Virus record (IMG/VR): IMGVR_UViG_3300017774_007926
Location: 1,560 to 65,559 of that record
DNA: 64,000 nucleotides
Direction: 5' to 3' (one strand)
Source: a virus
Taxonomy: Duplodnaviria > Caudoviricetes
The translations under genes were made by a program, and so were the position numbers. Positions 59,820 to 64,000 of this stretch are shown one piece after another; position 1 is the first letter of the stretch, and every line of letters starts with the position of its first letter. The notes under the pieces were generated by a model. The model had not been told where the DNA came from. It was given only the letters and a program-made list of their open reading frames with translations, and did no database searches.

Positions 59820-60875
59820 TTAAGATATACACCTAGAAATTATGTTGGCCGAGTTATCCCATGATAGTTTTTTAGCCGTAATAACTCCTTCTGGATTATT
59901 TTTTATACTATTACTATAGAGATGCTTCATATAATCTATAGTCTGATCTTTTTGTTTTTGTCCAATTTTTGCCCAGTTTCCTTGGCCAGTAAATGCCTTA
60001 CCATCAAAAGCTTTTTCTGTTTCATCTATATCAACAAGATAAGAATTACTCTTATTGCAAAATTCAGTATGGGCCGAATAGTCCGTGGCTATTACTGGCT
60101 TATTCATACTCATAGTCTCTAATAGCTCTAAATTCCAACCCTCAGCTTTGCTTACATATAATCCGCAATCACTATGAGCTATCACATTGGCAACATCCTT
60201 TTGGTCTTTTACGCCCGGCATGACTCTTATATTATCTGCCTCATATAATTTTTTCCATTCTGAAATTTGTTCTGCTGATGAATATGAGTTTGTGTGTTCT
60301 GCCGCCAGTATCCAAAGCTCTACGTCTTTTGAGTCACCGAAAGCTTTTTTAAATAGTTCTGGAAGAATATCGTGACTTTTCCTTACTTCCCATTTTCCAA
60401 TAGTCAAAAACACATACTTACCATCATTTCTAAGACTTGGAATATTCTCATGAAAAACATCTCTATTAACGCCAAGGGGAACCACCGATACTGGACTATT
60501 AATTCCATTATTGATAATGACATTCTTAGCCCACTTACTAGATACAAAAATTTCATCTGGTACTGATAAATGTTTTTTTTCTCTAGAATTAAATGTATCT
60601 AACTCAAAAAATGGATAAGCATAATATTTTCCACGACCCACCCTATCTGCTAAATCAAACTGATGCCAAATTTTTACAAATGGTGCGTCTATATCAAAAT
60701 CATTTTGCCTTGACAGCAGTAGATTTACAAGATCATATTCTTCCTGGGTATCAACAGATGGATTTCCTTTAGGGAAATATGCTATATTATACTTTTTAGC
60801 TAATTCTTTTAGAATAGAGAAAGAGGATATACCATATCCAGTATGATTTATAGGTGAAGAAAAATTTAAGTTCAT
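59820..60875 (-). CDS. GT4 glycosyltransferase
   Basis: FLTIGKWEVRKSHD, SKAEGWNLELLETMSMNKPVIAT. Confidence 0.85.
   Translation of the reverse strand: MNLNFSSPINHTGYGISSFSILKELAKKYNIAYFPKGNPSVDTQEEYDLVNLLLSRQNDFDIDAPFVKIWHQFDLADRVGRGKYYAYPFFELDTFNSREKKHLSVPDEIFVSSKWAKNVIINNGINSPVSVVPLGVNRDVFHENIPSLRNDGKYVFLTIGKWEVRKSHDILPELFKKAFGDSKDVELWILAAEHTNSYSSAEQISEWKKLYEADNIRVMPGVKDQKDVANVIAHSDCGLYVSKAEGWNLELLETMSMNKPVIATDYSAHTEFCNKSNSYLVDIDETEKAFDGKAFTGQGNWAKIGQKQKDQTIDYMKHLYSNSIKNNPEGVITAKKLSWDNSANIISRCIS
59827..59833 (-). promoter_or_regulatory. GGTGTAT motif (candidate phage-specific promoter)
   Basis: 22 nt upstream of ATG 59805; AAGGAG RBS in between. Confidence 0.6.
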
Positions 60876-62002
60876 TTGTCATATGTTTTTGTATGAGTAT
60901 TGTTGACCATTATGAATGTGGTCTTTTTACCAAAGTCCTTCATTCTTGACGCTCCAATATAAGTACAGGCGCTTCTTAATCCTCCAAAAATATCTAATAG
61001 AACATCTTGCACTGGTCCTTTGTATGTAACAGTAACGCATCTACCCTCACTTGTTCTATAGTTTGCAACTCCGTTGCTATGTTTCTCCATAGCTTCTTTA
61101 CTGCTCATTCCATAAAACTTAAGTTTAGTTTTTCTTTTTTCTGTTTCATATCCCGGATAAAAAGATTGCCAAAATGGTTCTGCTGAACCTACACCCACTC
61201 CAGCCTTATACTCATATTCCCATTCTCCTTCACATTCTTCGCATCCAGCAAAGAAGTTTCCGCACATAACGAAATCAGCATTACTACCAAATACTTTACA
61301 TATATCTCCAACATGCTTACATCCACCATCACCACAAATATGTCCTCCAAGACCATGAGCAGCGTCAGAACACTCCAAGCAAGCTGATACTTGTGCGTAT
61401 CCTACGCCAGTTTTTAATCTCGTAGTACAAACAGACCCCGGACCTATACCAACCTTTACAATATCAACCCTACCATGCAAGATGAGTTCTTCTACCATTT
61501 CTGGAGTAACAACATTTCCTGCCATAATAACAATTTCTTCATATAGTTTACGAATGTGTGCTACTGTTTTTACAAATTTTTCACTATATCCATTAGCAAC
61601 ATCAACACAGATATTTGGTAATGAGGATCCTCTATTTTTTATAGCGTTGAAAACATACGTAAGTTTTTCAATATCTGAAGACGAAGTTCCTGTTGAATAG
61701 AACGTTAATTCTTTGTGGTCGTTAGTGCTACTACAATAATATTCTATTAGTTGATCTGGCTTATAATGCTTATGTAAAGCTACCATAGCTTGATTTTCAC
61801 AGACTACATTTGCCATACTAAAAGTTCCAGTAGTATCCATGTTTGCTACTATAACAGGAATAGCAGAGAACTTCCTTAGAGAATGTTTAAAATGAAAGTC
61901 CCTGACCAAACAAACCTCAGACCTACTAGATAGCGTAGATCTTTTAGGTCTTATAAGCACATCATCGAAATCTAATTTAATCTCATTGATAATTTTTTGC
62001 AT
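60872..62002 (-). CDS. guaC: GMP reductase
   Basis: LDFDDVLIRPKRS, ANMDTTG, DVANGYSE, GIGPGSVCTTR, FYGMSS, SEGR, LRSACTYIGA. Confidence 0.9.
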   Translation of the reverse strand: MQKIINEIKLDFDDVLIRPKRSTLSSRSEVCLVRDFHFKHSLRKFSAIPVIVANMDTTGTFSMANVVCENQAMVALHKHYKPDQLIEYYCSSTNDHKELTFYSTGTSSSDIEKLTYVFNAIKNRGSSLPNICVDVANGYSEKFVKTVAHIRKLYEEIVIMAGNVVTPEMVEELILHGRVDIVKVGIGPGSVCTTRLKTGVGYAQVSACLECSDAAHGLGGHICGDGGCKHVGDICKVFGSNADFVMCGNFFAGCEECEGEWEYEYKAGVGVGSAEPFWQSFYPGYETEKRKTKLKFYGMSSKEAMEKHSNGVANYRTSEGRCVTVTYKGPVQDVLLDIFGGLRSACTYIGASRMKDFGKKTTFIMVNNTHTKTYDK

Positions 62003-62205
62003 TATACTTTCCTTATATATTCGTCCGTATCATAGCATGTCCATTGATGAAAATCATCAAAACCATTTTCAGAAATACAAATCTTAAGTCCTGTCATTAT
62101 TCCTCTACCCTTATAGTGCTTTAGTGCTGCTAATATGGCAGTTATATGGTCTTGCGAATCTATAATAAATTTGATTTGACCAGACTTAACATAGTATTTT
62201 GGCAT
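62002..62205 (-). CDS. Small hypothetical protein
   Basis: MPKYYVKSG...; ORF-track frame with a shorter start chosen. Confidence 0.55.
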   Translation of the reverse strand: MPKYYVKSGQIKFIIDSQDHITAILAALKHYKGRGIMTGLKICISENGFDDFHQWTCYDTDEYIRKV

Positions 62206-62212
62206 GAGTCTT

Positions 62213-62935
62213 TTATTGTATTTGATCAAACTCTTTTTTAACTGCACAACCTATTCCTAAATATTGAGAACCAACACTAGGATATTGATCAACAAATTCA
62301 TAAAAATTAAACCTATCTCTATATGAACTCTTAAATTCTTCCCAATATGATGTAGTTCCGGGACAAACAGAACTTACTATATCATGAAACACTATTATGT
62401 CTCCACTATCAATACATGCTTCCGAGTCTTTTTTAACACCATCATATAAATGATCGCCATCTATTAATATTAATGAAAAATGCTTATTACTAATGAAGTT
62501 TTTGAATTCATCAGATTGTGAGCTAATCTCTAAATAAGAAGAGTTGATATTTAATTCATTGTATTGAGATATATTTGTTGGTATAGGAATTATATCGCAG
62601 GCTGTGCTTTTAATGGGTTCATTTTTAATGGCTTTTAAGTATTCGTTAGTAAAAATAAATGTTCCGCCATAACGAGATCCTATTTCTAGATATGAATTAA
62701 TTTTATCTTTGTAATTATTTAGTAGCAGTAAATAGGGTACGAATTGATTTGGATACTGCCAAATTCTTAGACCATATCCCGTTCCAAAATACTGACTCAG
62801 CTCTATTGGCTGTTCCTCAAGATGTTCGTCGTTAAGTCCAGCCTTAAGTAAACAAGCTTGTAGGATAGTGTTATCTGTTAGATATAATGTATCTATAGAC
62901 GACATAAAATCAATAAATTTAGCTATATTAGTCAT
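62213..62935 (-). CDS. Class I SAM-dependent methyltransferase
   Basis: YLEIGSRYGGT, LILIDGDHLYDGV, IVFHDI. Confidence 0.8.
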   Translation of the reverse strand: MTNIAKFIDFMSSIDTLYLTDNTILQACLLKAGLNDEHLEEQPIELSQYFGTGYGLRIWQYPNQFVPYLLLLNNYKDKINSYLEIGSRYGGTFIFTNEYLKAIKNEPIKSTACDIIPIPTNISQYNELNINSSYLEISSQSDEFKNFISNKHFSLILIDGDHLYDGVKKDSEACIDSGDIIVFHDIVSSVCPGTTSYWEEFKSSYRDRFNFYEFVDQYPSVGSQYLGIGCAVKKEFDQIQ

Positions 62936-62942
62936 AATTACC

Positions 62943-63473
62943 TCACACTGAAAAAAAATACCATCTTTTATACGTATCTATATTTTCTGAAAGATTAATA
63001 TGAGATAAGTATTCTTTGATATCGTCCCAAGACGAAAAAATTGTTTGGTGTGGTATTGTACCAAATAGCCAGTCTGGGGCGTTGATTTTTCCTTGTTCCA
63101 TATGAACTATTATAGGCTTTTTTTGACGATTAGCCCAGAAAATTTCTTCATAAGTTCCACATGGATGAATATCTAGATCTAGATTAACAATCAAAAAATC
63201 ACTAATGTCTACTAATCTCAAATCTACTCTACGAATTACTTTCATCATTTCAGATAGCTCATCATAGTTTTCTTTTTGTCTTAATTTTCGTTTGATAGCA
63301 TGAGCATCTTTATCTTCTAATCCGGTTGAAGATGGTTTAGATATTGGATTAAAAACAATAGATCCCATTTCTTCTAAGAACGGAGTTATATTATCTCTCC
63401 ATGTAGTTCCTCTATCTGGAACTCTATCCATAGCACCTGCAAGATATACTCTCTGATTTTTAAGCCTGTTCAT
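62943..63473 (-). CDS. Nucleoside 2-deoxyribosyltransferase / nucleotide N-glycosidase-like protein
   Basis: VYLAGAM, DLRLVDISD, CGTYEE. Confidence 0.75.
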   Translation of the reverse strand: MNRLKNQRVYLAGAMDRVPDRGTTWRDNITPFLEEMGSIVFNPISKPSSTGLEDKDAHAIKRKLRQKENYDELSEMMKVIRRVDLRLVDISDFLIVNLDLDIHPCGTYEEIFWANRQKKPIIVHMEQGKINAPDWLFGTIPHQTIFSSWDDIKEYLSHINLSENIDTYKRWYFFSV

Positions 63474-63599
63474 TTATTCCCCAAAGATAAAAGAAAAGAG
63501 ATTCTTAGAAGACTGTACATTAGGATTACCCCCACAAAGTCCATGTATAGTACCAAAAACTAAAGACAACATGAAGATAATATAAATAGACTCATTCAT
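63474..63599 (-). CDS. Small membrane peptide (41 aa, not in the ORF track)
   Basis: MNESIYIIFMLSLVFGTIHGLCGGNPNVQSSKNLFSFIFGE; its stop abuts the next ATG. Confidence 0.5.
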   Translation of the reverse strand: MNESIYIIFMLSLVFGTIHGLCGGNPNVQSSKNLFSFIFGE

Positions 63600-63658
63600 A
63601 AAAATTTTCAACCCTTTGTATGGACTCGTTCAAAAATATCAAAAGCCACCTACTTGGT

Positions 63659-63687
63659 ATTATAGCACCATGACCACATATTGGCAA
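63659..63687 (-). promoter_or_regulatory. Sigma70-type promoter with extended -10
   Basis: TTGCCA-17 nt-TATAAT with TG at the extended -10 position. Confidence 0.7.
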
Positions 63688-63723
63688 ATGCTTGGTTATG
63701 TCTTTTTTTATACTGTCAGTCTA

Positions 63724-63972
63724 TTAAAAATTGTTTCGTTCAAAAAATGATAAGTATTCTTGATGTTTCGTATCATGTTTTTTAAAAATTTCGTCTAGAT
63801 TATAGTAGAAAAATTTGAGAAAACTGTATAGATCACTTACAGATGAAGTATATGTATTATCTATGCCAAAGAAGGGTTCATTTCTGATGAATTTAATTCT
63901 ATCTGTTGTTTGAGGTGGATTATGTAGCAGGTTCATGATAGTTTTGGGGTTAGTACTAAAAGAATTAGACAT
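63724..63972 (-). CDS. Hypothetical protein
   Basis: 82-aa ORF from the track. Confidence 0.45.
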   Translation of the reverse strand: MSNSFSTNPKTIMNLLHNPPQTTDRIKFIRNEPFFGIDNTYTSSVSDLYSFLKFFYYNLDEIFKKHDTKHQEYLSFFERNNF

Positions 63973-64000
63973 AACATCAAATCTAGTTTGTATAACAGTC

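Noticed and set aside
1-64000. CRISPR array, tRNA or rRNA genes
   Set aside because: No repeat-spacer periodicity or cloverleaf/rRNA signatures were found, and most intergenic gaps are too short; the Cas4-like gene stands alone.

Overview
This window is an AT-rich (visually about one third G+C) fragment of a large tailed dsDNA phage genome in standard genetic code. I saw no tRNA, rRNA or CRISPR array. Bases 1-21.9 kb (+ strand) form a virion/tail module: fibre-like proteins with LamG domains, an FGE-sulfatase-like domain and Thr/Pro linkers, one degraded Ig-domain gene, and two ~2300-aa proteins. Bases 21.9-64 kb (- strand) carry a glycosyltransferase cluster, a replisome (SSB, two-piece DnaE, DEDDh exonuclease, DnaG, DnaB), recombination genes (RecA, Rad52/Sak-like, Cas4-like), nucleotide metabolism (NrdJ, dUTPase, dCMP deaminase, dNMP kinase, GuaC, deoxyribosyltransferase-like), a membrane/lysis-like cluster with a papain-like protease, and host-takeover genes (sigma factor, ClpP-like, PhoH, bacterioferritin, PAP2). 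The strongest unusual signal is an 11-nt, stop-containing insertion inside the first PHP motif of dnaE (HVHS*-[insert]-HYSLLDG). It has matched Ser codons, alternative RNA hairpins and a nearby free-standing HNH gene, making it a candidate ribosomal-bypass element or mini-intron. Other highlights are the intein-less split DnaE and a recurrent GGTGTAT motif 22-52 nt upstream of nine genes, a candidate promoter for the phage sigma factor. Product calls come from motifs recognised by eye; no database searches were run.
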